From the IMG/VR virus record IMGVR_UViG_3300044557_000185, positions 1-64,000 of that record: a DNA stretch of 64,000 nt. One strand, written 5' to 3'. Below, piece by piece: positions 39,965-50,292 of the stretch (positions are counted from its first letter, which is position 1; each line of letters starts with the position of its first letter). A model generated the notes under the pieces. The model was not told the origin of the DNA. It saw nothing but the letters and a program-made list of their open reading frames with translations, and ran no database searches. Both the position numbers and the translations under genes were made by a program. This DNA comes from a virus. Lineage: Duplodnaviria > Caudoviricetes.

Positions 39965-41605
39965 CTACTCAGTTTTTGTGTTATAATTGTTCGACAGCAG
40001 ATTTGTACTACCATCGAAGTATTGATTGTCAGTATACTGAAGCATATTCCAATCTGAAACGGTGCAGAATATTGGGGCAGCAAAATACACATCGCCTACT
40101 GCACCGCCATTATCAGAACTATTGAATATGCGTGCGTATGATACTGAAGCGTTAGTGATGTTGCCTGTCGTGAAGTATTGGTGCCACTTGCCGTCGCCAA
40201 TGAAATACTTAGTTCCACCAGCCGAACTTCCTTTCCAGTCAGTTTGCAGTTCGATGCCAACACCGACAGCAGCTTTTGCATAAACAGCGAATACGTAATC
40301 GCCATTTGGCAATGTTTTATCGTCAATACACGCGCCAGTATTGTTGCCATTCACATGAACACCTGACGTTACAGACACTGGACAGTCTGACATCGGCATG
40401 TTCTCGCACGTCCCGGTGCCAAATCGCCTGAAATTCGATGAGTCGCTTGTATCTGCAAGATGCATTGTTTGTGGGCATGGAATGATATTCCGCATTATTG
40501 TCTTATTGACAGTCATTACGCTAGGGCTAGCATTGACAGCGCCAAGAAAATCTGCATCTGAAGCTATATTTTGAAGACTGTCTAATTTGCTATACGTGTC
40601 GCCACTGAACCAGTTGATGCCAAGCGCCTGCATTGCGGCCCAGTGGGCAGCGGAGTAGATACCGTAATGGGTGAGTATCACCCATGAGCTGTTACCACTA
40701 AGAGACAGCACATGGTCGCCAGTGGCCGTAACCTGCCCCACAAACATGTGTTGTGTTGATGTTATGATATTGACGCCCTGATACGCACCTACCACATTAG
40801 GGCCACTAGCATCATAAATCGCCACGATATATGATCCAACGGGAATAGCATCATTATCGGACGGAGGGCAGAATGTTCCCCAATTATATGAGGAATTATC
40901 TCCGGAGAAGTCATACTTCCACCTTCCATCAGATTGCTTCGTTCCCGACATTCGGTACACACGATTGTTCCAACCATTCCTGTCAGGTTTCTGTTCTATG
41001 TTCGTTGCTATTACTTTTCCATCCTGCGACAGCGTACTAGCGCTCGCATTAGCTGTACCAGTCCACGCGGTGGTCAATTGGCTTGTCTTAACATAAGTCT
41101 TGTCTATAGGATTGAACCATCTTGCTCCAACATTTTGCAGCTTATTCCAGTCTTGTATAGAATACAAACCACATCCATATGCAATAGTCTTTGCATTTGG
41201 TGGAACTTTGTATTGCAAAACTACATTAACTGAGCTAGTCAATGTAAAAGTCTTGCTAGTAATGCCAGCATTAAAATCTGATGGTGTTATAGCAACCAAA
41301 AATCGATCGCTAAACAGATCTACTACTGCATCTTGAGTAGTGAATGTTCCAGTAGTAGTAAGATGTGCACTGAACACATATGTTCCAGGTTGAAGCAAGA
41401 TACTTTTGTTATTAGCTTCAATGCCAGTATTTTGTACTGTAGAAATGCTAGTAGAATCGATTAGCATACCACCGTTATAGTCTGAAGCTGCAGGTTTTGT
41501 ATCGCTACTGTAATTGAAAGCTGTAAAATCTGAAGACTTTGCTACAGGTATTGGCCAAAGATTCGTTACTGATTCTTTGTTCTTAAGTTGGTCTATAGAT
41601 ATCAT
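39965..41605 (-). CDS. Modular tail fibre/minor tail protein
   Basis: Three beta-rich modules each ending W..(L/M)Q....(W/Y)F. Confidence 0.7.
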   Translation of the reverse strand: MISIDQLKNKESVTNLWPIPVAKSSDFTAFNYSSDTKPAASDYNGGMLIDSTSISTVQNTGIEANNKSILLQPGTYVFSAHLTTTGTFTTQDAVVDLFSDRFLVAITPSDFNAGITSKTFTLTSSVNVVLQYKVPPNAKTIAYGCGLYSIQDWNKLQNVGARWFNPIDKTYVKTSQLTTAWTGTANASASTLSQDGKVIATNIEQKPDRNGWNNRVYRMSGTKQSDGRWKYDFSGDNSSYNWGTFCPPSDNDAIPVGSYIVAIYDASGPNVVGAYQGVNIITSTQHMFVGQVTATGDHVLSLSGNSSWVILTHYGIYSAAHWAAMQALGINWFSGDTYSKLDSLQNIASDADFLGAVNASPSVMTVNKTIMRNIIPCPQTMHLADTSDSSNFRRFGTGTCENMPMSDCPVSVTSGVHVNGNNTGACIDDKTLPNGDYVFAVYAKAAVGVGIELQTDWKGSSAGGTKYFIGDGKWHQYFTTGNITNASVSYARIFNSSDNGGAVGDVYFAAPIFCTVSDWNMLQYTDNQYFDGSTNLLSNNYNTKTE

Positions 41606-41642
41606 TATGCGCCTTCTATATAGCTATGTACGTTTTGTCTAT

Positions 41643-42170
41643 TTAGTAAATGAGCGAAAGACTGCTTTTACTGGCGTTCGGGGTGCCGGTCCAAGAGCAA
41701 ACTAGATCTGACACGCTAGATGTATAGTTGCCATTAGCATCAAAGTATGAGATGCTAAGCTTCTTGACTGAAGCGAAGTCTCTTGCCGTGCACAAAATAG
41801 GCCGCGTGAACGTTGCAGCACTGTCACTCGTCGGCACGAACGCGAACTTGACCACCCCATCATCCGGAACAGCAAATGAACTCGGGCTCAGTTCAACCAA
41901 TGAGGACGCCCATGCTAGTAATTTCCCGTTGGTCATGGAACATGAGGAAATCATTGGCGCTCCAGCCGGAAGTCCTGTCAGCTCCCAGAGCCAATATGTG
42001 TCGTTGCTGCCGCTGACTCTGGTCAACGTGAGGACTCAATCGGACATGGAGCCTGATGCGATGTTCTTTTTTTATTGTTGGTTGCAAGCCGTTCATATCG
42101 AACCCGGGGTTCGGAAACAGGTTCTTCGCGACTAGCTTATCGTCTTTGATTCTTGTTGTGTCTAATGTCA
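41643..42170 (-). pseudogene. Disrupted fibre-module gene
   Basis: ATG at 42170; frameshift at A7 tract (42067-73) then in-frame TGA; continues as ORF 41643..42026 with the shared WTGTPNAS motif. Confidence 0.65.
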
Positions 42171-42293
42171 TTTTTTTATGATCCTCCAAAAGTGATTTGT
42201 TCTATTGCAGAGTGAAAGTGCATGGTTTGAGCATTCTACTGCAGTCTGTGCCTTTTCGTTTTTGTGTATGCGTGCGACAGGGTTGCATTCGCC

Positions 42294-42558
42294 TAGGCAT
42301 CGGCTTGCGTCACATAATAGTAGCTCATATCCCGATTGTCTTCGGCCGCTTTAGTGGCGGCTGTGCTGGCAAAATATTGAGCGTACCCCCCCCCCCCGAG
42401 TCGCTACCCTTACCGCGTAGGATAAGCGACTTAGCGCGATTCCCATACCATTGCATCATGCCGAGCGTAATCGGGTCACTCGGATTGATGGCCGTCCAAT
42501 TATGGTTCGATTCGACGGCACCAATGACGTACATGGCGTAGAGGGATTGTACTGACAT
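42294..42558 (-). pseudogene. Truncated virion-associated lysin fragment with G12 tract
   Basis: SLYAMYVIGAVESNHNW..ITLGMMQWYG; homologous frame resumes after C12 at 42386-42397 and ends at TAG. Confidence 0.75.
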
Positions 42559-42578
42559 TATAGCATAATCCTTTGTGG

Positions 42579-44798
42579 CTATTTACACATCATGTAGACT
42601 GCGCCAATCTCTACCGGACTATTGGTGTCATCTGTAGCTGTATTAATTATATATGATGCATCCGTGGCTCCTGCGGGTACAACGTACGATCTAGTGCCGC
42701 TCAGCTGTACATCACTCGAAGCGGTATATGAGGCATGCACTCCCCCTATCACACCAATCACAGTATCTCCACTGTAGAATCTGATTTCCATCGTAAGGTT
42801 AGATTTTGGGGTTTGGTATTTTGCATACGTTCTCATCGTAATATGTTGTCCGGGGTAGACCCTGCATCTTGCTGTCTGCAAAATCTTGTTATCGGAACTA
42901 TCATTTGAATAAATGGTTGTTATACCATATTTACTCCACTTGTCATCTGTAGTAGCATTTTTTGTCATAGTTGTGAGAGCTCCGGCTACCATTTTACTAA
43001 AATCGAAGCCGTTGGGTATCAGATTGTCATTTGGTGATACAAAATAAGAGTAATCCCTACGATTGTAAATATTGGAATTATTATTAGTGGATGTAATATT
43101 TTTGTTAACAATCCATTCTGTAGAAATTGTTCCTGTAATTGCATTGTCCCTTAGTGTTGCTTTCACTGCACCGGTAATGGGTTCATCCGTCGTATTCACG
43201 TCCTGCGCCATCAATATCATATTATTGCTCAGGATGAGGTTGCAACGCCAACTATCCAATTGCGAAAAATTCGTATAATTTCTCGAGAGATACTTTGACC
43301 CTTCAATATTGCATGAATCAAAAGACATCATATTGTTAGGATAATCTGTAGCTATACCTAGAACGGTCGTATTAAAATCGATTCCGCAATGGACAAAATA
43401 GGTATCAATACCACCGTAGGCGAGTAGAATTGCATAACTAGATCCACTCAAAACACAATCTTTAAAGACAATATTTTCACCGGCATTATTTCCCGAATGA
43501 AGCGTTTCGCTATTACCCAATAAAACTGCGATATCACATTTTTCGATGTTCAAATGATTAAAACTGTCAAGGAATACGTCGTATGCTCCGAGAGACAATC
43601 CTATGTGAAAATTCTTCACATGAACATCATTAAATTCACTTCTCGCCACATTGTACCAATTCGTGCCGAATATTCTATCGTCGGGACTATGTGAACCTAG
43701 GGATATCCCGATAGTGTTCCCTTTATCTAGTGAGTAAAGATAAACCCCTCCACTGAGTATAGGGCATCTCTGCCATTGCTGACTATTCACTCGATAGTCA
43801 TTGCGGTCTTGTAAAATTGTGGGGACATCACTCGTCCACTTAATGTCGATTGCAGTACCCGACCCAGCATACTTAATAATAGGTGTATTTTTAAAAATAA
43901 CGTGAACGTAAGGGGGGATTTGTATGGTGTCATTAATTAAGTAAATTCCACCATTGACGACAAGTGTATCGACTAGGGGCCATGAATTTTTAATAGAATT
44001 AATAGCAGATGAAAAATTGTTATCTGAGCTGTTTTGTCCAGTTTTGTCTGGCAAAAAATCGTCAAAAAGTATTTCTGGCTTAAGAATTTTGATCTGGCTG
44101 TCAACGGTACCGAGCTTACTGTCGACGTAGTTCTTAGTAGCGGCTGAATCGCTTCTAGTGGGATCGGCGACATGTGTTATCTCTCTTTGCAGACTTGAAT
44201 CGACATATCTGACTTCAGGGTCAATTGTATCGTTGACATGTCTTTGATACATCTGAAGCAATGCTGCTTGCTGCATTCTATTCCATGAATCTTCTGAATA
44301 GATGCCGAGCGAAGATAATGAAACAGTATTAGTGAATGTTTTACCGGAATCTACAGCTATAGATATAGTGAATGGTTCTGCTTTTGCTTTCAATATGCAG
44401 AACCATGAATCGTAGTCAGCGCTATTAGCATCAGAATGTGCAAAAGCTGCATAATTCGATACGCTTGGATTTCTTATGCCTGCGTAAAGATTCATGACTT
44501 TGTCATTCTGATCTTTAGGGCAAGCTGCTGTCAAGACTACGTAGAGATCATCTCCAGAATTGACGCCATTTTCAACGCCCAAAGATATTCTCGGAGGTAT
44601 TTCTGCTATGACGTCAACAGATTTGTCTGCAAAAGTGTCTTTGAATTTTGGCGTATATGATATGTCTATAGCAAACTGATTGTCGTTGACATTATTGTCT
44701 ACAGCGTTAAAAAGATAAAGATTACTATTTATAGAGCAATTGACTGCTTTCAATCTATCTGATTTTGGAAGTATGACATGCATATTTTTTGCGTCCAT
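42579..44798 (-). CDS. Tailspike/depolymerase (parallel beta-helix), chimeric
   Basis: DKTG..SSDNNF..GGIYLIND beta-helix start after a VADP...AATKNYVD neck. Confidence 0.75.
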   Translation of the reverse strand: MDAKNMHVILPKSDRLKAVNCSINSNLYLFNAVDNNVNDNQFAIDISYTPKFKDTFADKSVDVIAEIPPRISLGVENGVNSGDDLYVVLTAACPKDQNDKVMNLYAGIRNPSVSNYAAFAHSDANSADYDSWFCILKAKAEPFTISIAVDSGKTFTNTVSLSSLGIYSEDSWNRMQQAALLQMYQRHVNDTIDPEVRYVDSSLQREITHVADPTRSDSAATKNYVDSKLGTVDSQIKILKPEILFDDFLPDKTGQNSSDNNFSSAINSIKNSWPLVDTLVVNGGIYLINDTIQIPPYVHVIFKNTPIIKYAGSGTAIDIKWTSDVPTILQDRNDYRVNSQQWQRCPILSGGVYLYSLDKGNTIGISLGSHSPDDRIFGTNWYNVARSEFNDVHVKNFHIGLSLGAYDVFLDSFNHLNIEKCDIAVLLGNSETLHSGNNAGENIVFKDCVLSGSSYAILLAYGGIDTYFVHCGIDFNTTVLGIATDYPNNMMSFDSCNIEGSKYLSRNYTNFSQLDSWRCNLILSNNMILMAQDVNTTDEPITGAVKATLRDNAITGTISTEWIVNKNITSTNNNSNIYNRRDYSYFVSPNDNLIPNGFDFSKMVAGALTTMTKNATTDDKWSKYGITTIYSNDSSDNKILQTARCRVYPGQHITMRTYAKYQTPKSNLTMEIRFYSGDTVIGVIGGVHASYTASSDVQLSGTRSYVVPAGATDASYIINTATDDTNSPVEIGAVYMMCK

Positions 44799-44979
44799 TT
44801 CTATATGTATATATCTTAATATCGATTATATCATGCAAGTGCTACTAGCAATCACAATGTATAATCTGCATATACAAGAAGTACACGGCTTCATACACCT
44901 GCATAAACTACATGCAGCGTGATAATGCAAAGTACGTGCTTGTAGCTGACTACTTGCATGTACTACATGCCATTCATAT

Positions 44980-45445
44980 CTACGCTGGCGCATCACTCGA
45001 TTGAAACGCGTACATTGGCCTTTGATGATATATACTCATGAATAAAATACTTTGTTGTATGTTTGCTTCAGGGATACCGTTTTGATTGCAGACGTTAGCA
45101 TAGTTATTGTAGTCGCCGTCCCATGTGGCTTGCTGGAACTGGTGGTTTTCGTCGCGCTGTGACCACGCGGCCCAAGCGTTAGCGTCTACGTCTGTTACGT
45201 AGCATCCGTTCCAGGCGTACGAATTGTTTTCCACTGCCGTCGCCAGCGAGGGCGTGGCGGCTTTGAATGCCGCCCACCCTGTTGGGTCGCTGGTTCTGCC
45301 GAGATTAAGTAGGTTGTATGCTAGTGTGCCGTACAATTGCATCATGCCAAGCGTAATTAGGCGCCGCGATTGACAGCAGACCAATTATGGTTAGATTCGA
45401 CTTGTCCAATAACGTACATGGCGTAGAGCGATCGATTAGGAATGA
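44980..45445 (-). pseudogene. Second virion-associated lysin remnant
   Basis: ATT(lost start)PNRSLYAMYVIGQVESNHNWSAVNRG, 1-bp frameshift at ~45360, then ITLGMMQLYG...SIYHQRP. Confidence 0.8.
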
Positions 45446-45560
45446 TTGACTAGAGCGCCACTCCGTCTTTTGTCGTCACTGCAACGTTGTCCGTCGTGGG
45501 CGGCGGCTCAGGCCAAGCAGAAATCGGTACGACTAAGCACAGTTAGTCGGCGTGCAATCT

Positions 45561-47213
45561 TTAATATATGTTTATTTCTGATCCTGGAACGTATGAATCT
45601 GTGTATAGTGATGGCAGAGTTAAAACTGTAGATGTTGACATTGAATCTATAATTTTCATTCCAACTGTACTATAACTGAAATCAGTATCGCTTGTATTTT
45701 TTATATACATGTAATGCCTTTTATTCTTTAAAAATGTGCCAATTTTCATTCCTGTTACACCATTTATAACATTGACACTTTTTATAATGTCACTTACAAT
45801 TGCAGTAAAAGTCAGGTTGCTTAATACAATTTTTAGTGTTGCTTCTCCAGCATATGCTTCTGTATGCCCGATTACATAAGTTGATCCAGCATTTATGTTA
45901 TTGGCTACGCTAGATATTATGCTTGAATCGCCTATAATTGATTGCTGTAGATTTGAAACATCATCATAATTTGTTTTGTTATTGATATAATCAATTATTA
46001 ATTTGTTTGGCTCCAAAAATCCACTTGCGGGTATTATTGTATCAGCTACAACATAATTAATTTTTGTACTATCAGTGCAATTAAGCTGGTATCCTATGTT
46101 TCCTACTGATTTTAGTTTGCTATTTGCGCCAATATTATATATTACTGTTGCCATGTTGTTAGGCGCTTGCGAGTATATCCAATTACCTGTAACTGATATT
46201 TCAGCTGCGTTATTCGCATTAGTGTGAATAAGTGTGTTCCATGAGTCGAAATAATTTCCGCTGGCCGAAACTATGGCAGTCCAAGTCATGCTACCGCATT
46301 CTATTGCAGTATATATGACATTATCTTTCCGCGTACCACTCCATAGATAATTACCATACATTAATATGGCACCATTAGCTAGTACACCTGTGCTAGCTTG
46401 GAAAATTTTATTACCAATAATTTGCGAATCCGCACCAATAGAAATTGCTGTCCTAGGCGTGTCCGGATTGTAGGACGTTTGCAAAATGTAATTACCAGCA
46501 ATATATGAAGAATGCGATGATGGTACATTTATGCCAATAGTGAGATAATCGTATATACTAGTATTTATAACTCGCGTAGTGCCATTAATAGTTGTTATTG
46601 CGCTATTTGCAAGATTATTGCAATTGTATAATCCGCCATTAAATTCTAATTTTTGTGCGTGCCAGTCTGCGGGAGTACCTATTTCGGTGAATATGCTAGA
46701 CATAGCAGAGTTTGCTATAAATTCAGCGCCAATGTCAGCATTTATTGAAAACTTTGTACGTTTTGTGGAATCTATTGTTATTGATTCTGATATTATATAT
46801 TTCCTAGCCGGGAAATACAATCCGTTTACATTCGTATCATTTATTGCTGTCTGGATTATATCAGTAACATCTATAGTGTCATCATTATTAACAATGTAAT
46901 GCATTATGTTTCCAAGTAATCCATTATTTGCTATTTCACCCAAATCTGTTACGTTATCTTTCAGACTTGAAACCGAATCAGCATACCGTTGCACATCATT
47001 GCGGTACTGCTCAATTTGCGCGTTGTAATTCCCGGTTTCCGCCCAATAAGCGGCGCTATTGATATCAATTCCAGCTGGCACTGCTTGCTTTGACGTATAC
47101 GAATTGCCCTGATTAGTCACGATTGTCAAAGCTTCGTACGCTTTTGTATTGTCCCATTCTGCAGGATCAGCGAACTTTGGAACGTATCTGTCGCCAATGT
47201 ATTCTACAGCCAT
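45561..47213 (-). CDS. Tailspike/depolymerase with podovirus-type N-terminal anchor
   Basis: YIGDRYVPKFADP..WDNTKAYEALTIV..GNSYTS..YWAETGNYNAQIEQYR followed by beta-helix (LYFPARKY). Confidence 0.8.
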   Translation of the reverse strand: MAVEYIGDRYVPKFADPAEWDNTKAYEALTIVTNQGNSYTSKQAVPAGIDINSAAYWAETGNYNAQIEQYRNDVQRYADSVSSLKDNVTDLGEIANNGLLGNIMHYIVNNDDTIDVTDIIQTAINDTNVNGLYFPARKYIISESITIDSTKRTKFSINADIGAEFIANSAMSSIFTEIGTPADWHAQKLEFNGGLYNCNNLANSAITTINGTTRVINTSIYDYLTIGINVPSSHSSYIAGNYILQTSYNPDTPRTAISIGADSQIIGNKIFQASTGVLANGAILMYGNYLWSGTRKDNVIYTAIECGSMTWTAIVSASGNYFDSWNTLIHTNANNAAEISVTGNWIYSQAPNNMATVIYNIGANSKLKSVGNIGYQLNCTDSTKINYVVADTIIPASGFLEPNKLIIDYINNKTNYDDVSNLQQSIIGDSSIISSVANNINAGSTYVIGHTEAYAGEATLKIVLSNLTFTAIVSDIIKSVNVINGVTGMKIGTFLKNKRHYMYIKNTSDTDFSYSTVGMKIIDSMSTSTVLTLPSLYTDSYVPGSEINIY

Positions 47214-47214
47214 T

Positions 47215-49800
47215 TCATTCTCCTATCTTATTGATTGTAAGCTTGCCAAAGTCTTGACTAGAGCTGTCAGATACTGTGCTGAAATCATATCCGTCATATC
47301 CAGTTATTTCGAATTGCATTCTGCCATCATCATTTATCTTAGCTCTTACATATCCTATTTCATTGAATTGATACGGATTGCTTTGTACTAATTCAGCATA
47401 TACTTCATCTCCATCAAAACCTGCTATGCTGCTATCAAGAGCTTCTGAAACTCTAGAGCTAGAAGACAGAAACAGCTCTTTGACATATACCATGCAGCTT
47501 GCAGATGAATCATTCTGCAAGAAGTCGAAGTCGATCTTCACCCATCCATCATTTGAGACATTTCCAGAAAGATCTACAAGCTTACAGTTCGTATTCAAGC
47601 TAATGCTGTCTGTCTTGATAGTATTAGCATTAGAATCATTTCCAGCTTGAATAGACACAGTTCCCGTACATGGAGAAGTAGACATGATACTGCATAGCAA
47701 TCTGATCGAATCATTTGCATTGACTGGCATTATGCGAGATATAGCATCAAAATTCGTAGCAGAAAGACTTCCTCCATATGAGAATCCAAAGCTTTTAGTC
47801 TTGTTCGTTGGCATTACTACTACACTGTTCGATACTGATACTGACGAATTAGCATGTGATTTCAGGAACTGTATCGTCTTAGGCTTAGGAGATGGTATAA
47901 GATTGATCAGGTCTTCACTGTTAGCTTTCACTGTCACTTTGACTTGAGATGACCACGGACTGAAGTTGTCATTCAATGACTTAGTCTGAATTCTGATATA
48001 GTTGTCACCCACTGAATGAAACGCATACATGAAGCTGCTGACAGACGCATAGTCTTCATTGAACTGCAATGCATATACTTTGCTACCATCAGTGACTTCT
48101 ATTTTGCTTACTTCATTGTTTGTGCCGTCTGTGATGTTTGGCGTCCATGATATTGTGACTATGTCTCCAAAATTGACAGTACTATTGCTTATTGCTACAG
48201 TTGGAGCTGCTGGAGGCGTGCTTGTGACTGCTATATTAGATATCGTATAGTCTGAAGTCATGACAGATGAAAGACTGTCATCTACTACTGGCCTTACAGC
48301 AGCTGCTCTGTATCGTATGCTGCCAATCAGGTGAGATGTGTCAACCCAAGAGCCAGATATGTTAGACGCTACTCTAGACCAGTTATCGCCATCTATTGTT
48401 CTGTCGATATTGATCAAACTTGCATTTGACGACGAAATGTTAGCAGAGACAGTCGCATTCTTGCTAGCATCTATGCTTGCTGTGACAGCTATTGGTTTCG
48501 CAGGAAAGTTAGATATGATGCTAGAAACAGTATCGGAACTAGTTCCAGCGTCATTCGATACATTCAGCTTGTACTGATATCTAGCATTCGGATCATGACT
48601 AGAATCTGTGAATGAAGTATTTGATGCTGATGCAGAGTAGATAAGCTTCCAATCAGAAAATGACGACTTGCCTATCGACTCTTTGCTATAAAGACTAACG
48701 TTATCCCATGGAGCAGACACTGAGCTAGATGAAGACCATGATATCGTAATAGAGTCTTCATCGTTCTTGACTGCTTTGAAGCTAGCAGGAGGATTTGGTG
48801 GCAGTATAGCCTGAATCTCTTCAGTTGAAGACCACGGTGAATAAAGCGCTGGACCAGCATCTGAGTATGTATTCCTGAAGCATCTGACTTGATACTGTAC
48901 TTTGCCTGCTGGAGCGCTAGAGTCTGTATACGACGAGCCCGAGATATTGCTGCTTACAGATGACCAGTCTCCACCATTCAGTCGTCTTTGCAGCTGCCAT
49001 TGCGAGCAGTACGTGTTTGAAAGATCGACAGATACCTTTACTGAATTGTAAGAAAGCTTAGTAGCAGAAACTGACGCTGGAGCATATGGTGTAGTATAGA
49101 CTTCTCTTGTATTGACATGAGTAGACGCTCCAGCTTGATTGACAGCGTATATAGAGAACTGAGACTTCTGATTAGCTCTGAAGCCATTGAATTTGTACGA
49201 TGTAGCAGACCATGTCAATGTCTGCTCTGGATAGCCAGGTCTGCTGTTCCAAGCTCCGTAGTCATTTCCATCAGAGCCAGCCCTAGAGCCTACTCTTATG
49301 CTTTTCCATGGTTTGAGAGCATTATTGTCATAATTGAGAGACCATGTAAGCGTAGATGCAGAATCATCATTCCTATTGATATGAACATTTGTTGGCGGAT
49401 TTGGTGTCTTGTAGTTTATGCCACCAAGCGTGAAGAAAGCGTGATTGCCAGAAAATCCGTTTGCATAGCCTCCGTTCATCCTTACGAAAGCATCTACCAT
49501 TATGCTTCTAGAATTGTCAGTCTTCTTTATGTAGAAATCATGCGAAAGCATTGTAAGCGTGCCACCATTGCCGCCTACTTGTATCGAGCCGACACCTACT
49601 TCTCCAGTATCTTGGCCATCGCATGATACATGAGCAGAATTGCCATACGATACTGAAAACGAGTATGAAGCCTGCCACAAAGCTTGCACTCTAACCCACA
49701 TGCCAGTGTCAGATTCTGATAGCGTCTGAGCATGCACACCAGCGCGCCAAGCGCTATATCCACTAGAAGTATATCCACCCCATACGCCTACCTCAGCCAT
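47215..49800 (-). CDS. Minor tail protein with fibronectin type III repeats
   Basis: PNPP..W..Y.V.A.N.AG repeats. Confidence 0.75.
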   Translation of the reverse strand: MAEVGVWGGYTSSGYSAWRAGVHAQTLSESDTGMWVRVQALWQASYSFSVSYGNSAHVSCDGQDTGEVGVGSIQVGGNGGTLTMLSHDFYIKKTDNSRSIMVDAFVRMNGGYANGFSGNHAFFTLGGINYKTPNPPTNVHINRNDDSASTLTWSLNYDNNALKPWKSIRVGSRAGSDGNDYGAWNSRPGYPEQTLTWSATSYKFNGFRANQKSQFSIYAVNQAGASTHVNTREVYTTPYAPASVSATKLSYNSVKVSVDLSNTYCSQWQLQRRLNGGDWSSVSSNISGSSYTDSSAPAGKVQYQVRCFRNTYSDAGPALYSPWSSTEEIQAILPPNPPASFKAVKNDEDSITISWSSSSSVSAPWDNVSLYSKESIGKSSFSDWKLIYSASASNTSFTDSSHDPNARYQYKLNVSNDAGTSSDTVSSIISNFPAKPIAVTASIDASKNATVSANISSSNASLINIDRTIDGDNWSRVASNISGSWVDTSHLIGSIRYRAAAVRPVVDDSLSSVMTSDYTISNIAVTSTPPAAPTVAISNSTVNFGDIVTISWTPNITDGTNNEVSKIEVTDGSKVYALQFNEDYASVSSFMYAFHSVGDNYIRIQTKSLNDNFSPWSSQVKVTVKANSEDLINLIPSPKPKTIQFLKSHANSSVSVSNSVVVMPTNKTKSFGFSYGGSLSATNFDAISRIMPVNANDSIRLLCSIMSTSPCTGTVSIQAGNDSNANTIKTDSISLNTNCKLVDLSGNVSNDGWVKIDFDFLQNDSSASCMVYVKELFLSSSSRVSEALDSSIAGFDGDEVYAELVQSNPYQFNEIGYVRAKINDDGRMQFEITGYDGYDFSTVSDSSSQDFGKLTINKIGE

Positions 49801-49815
49801 GATTTTGCCTCTATT

Positions 49816-50292
49816 CTATGCAACGGTAGGTACAGCTTCAGGAGCTCTATCAAGTTCATATCTATTGCCATTGATGTACGTCACATATAATGCTTTCAGA
49901 TCTTGCCAGTCTGCTTGAGTGCACAATATGATATCTGTAAACTCTACAGCATCGCCTGCTGTATTACCAGACTTGATTGAGATTCTATCAACATTGCCTG
50001 TAAAATCGATATCGAACTCTCCTCCTGCGAAAGTATTTGATATACCAAATTTGTCTGACCAAATATATAGATCTGGTTTTGTAGTGACTTTGACGAAATT
50101 GACATTACAATGGAAATGATAGCTTGCACTTGGAAGATTCAAAGTTATGTTGTTGTCAGGAGACGAAGTATTCGTGACTAGCGTGTCTATATGATAGCCA
50201 CGATCTATATCTGAAACTTTCGTATTAGAAGTAGACGATACAGATGCTGCAAGTGGATTAGTGAATAGATTAGTGTAAGTCTTCTGCATCAT
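49816..50292 (-). CDS. Single-module fibre protein
   Basis: NLFTNP...ILCTQADW..L..YING module. Confidence 0.7.
   Translation of the reverse strand: MMQKTYTNLFTNPLAASVSSTSNTKVSDIDRGYHIDTLVTNTSSPDNNITLNLPSASYHFHCNVNFVKVTTKPDLYIWSDKFGISNTFAGGEFDIDFTGNVDRISIKSGNTAGDAVEFTDIILCTQADWQDLKALYVTYINGNRYELDRAPEAVPTVA

Noticed and set aside
44832-44962. Loose inverted repeat (CATGCAAGT...ACTTGCATG) upstream of the tailspike
   Set aside because: Short and imperfect in a genome rich in TGCA/CATG words; cannot be distinguished from chance.
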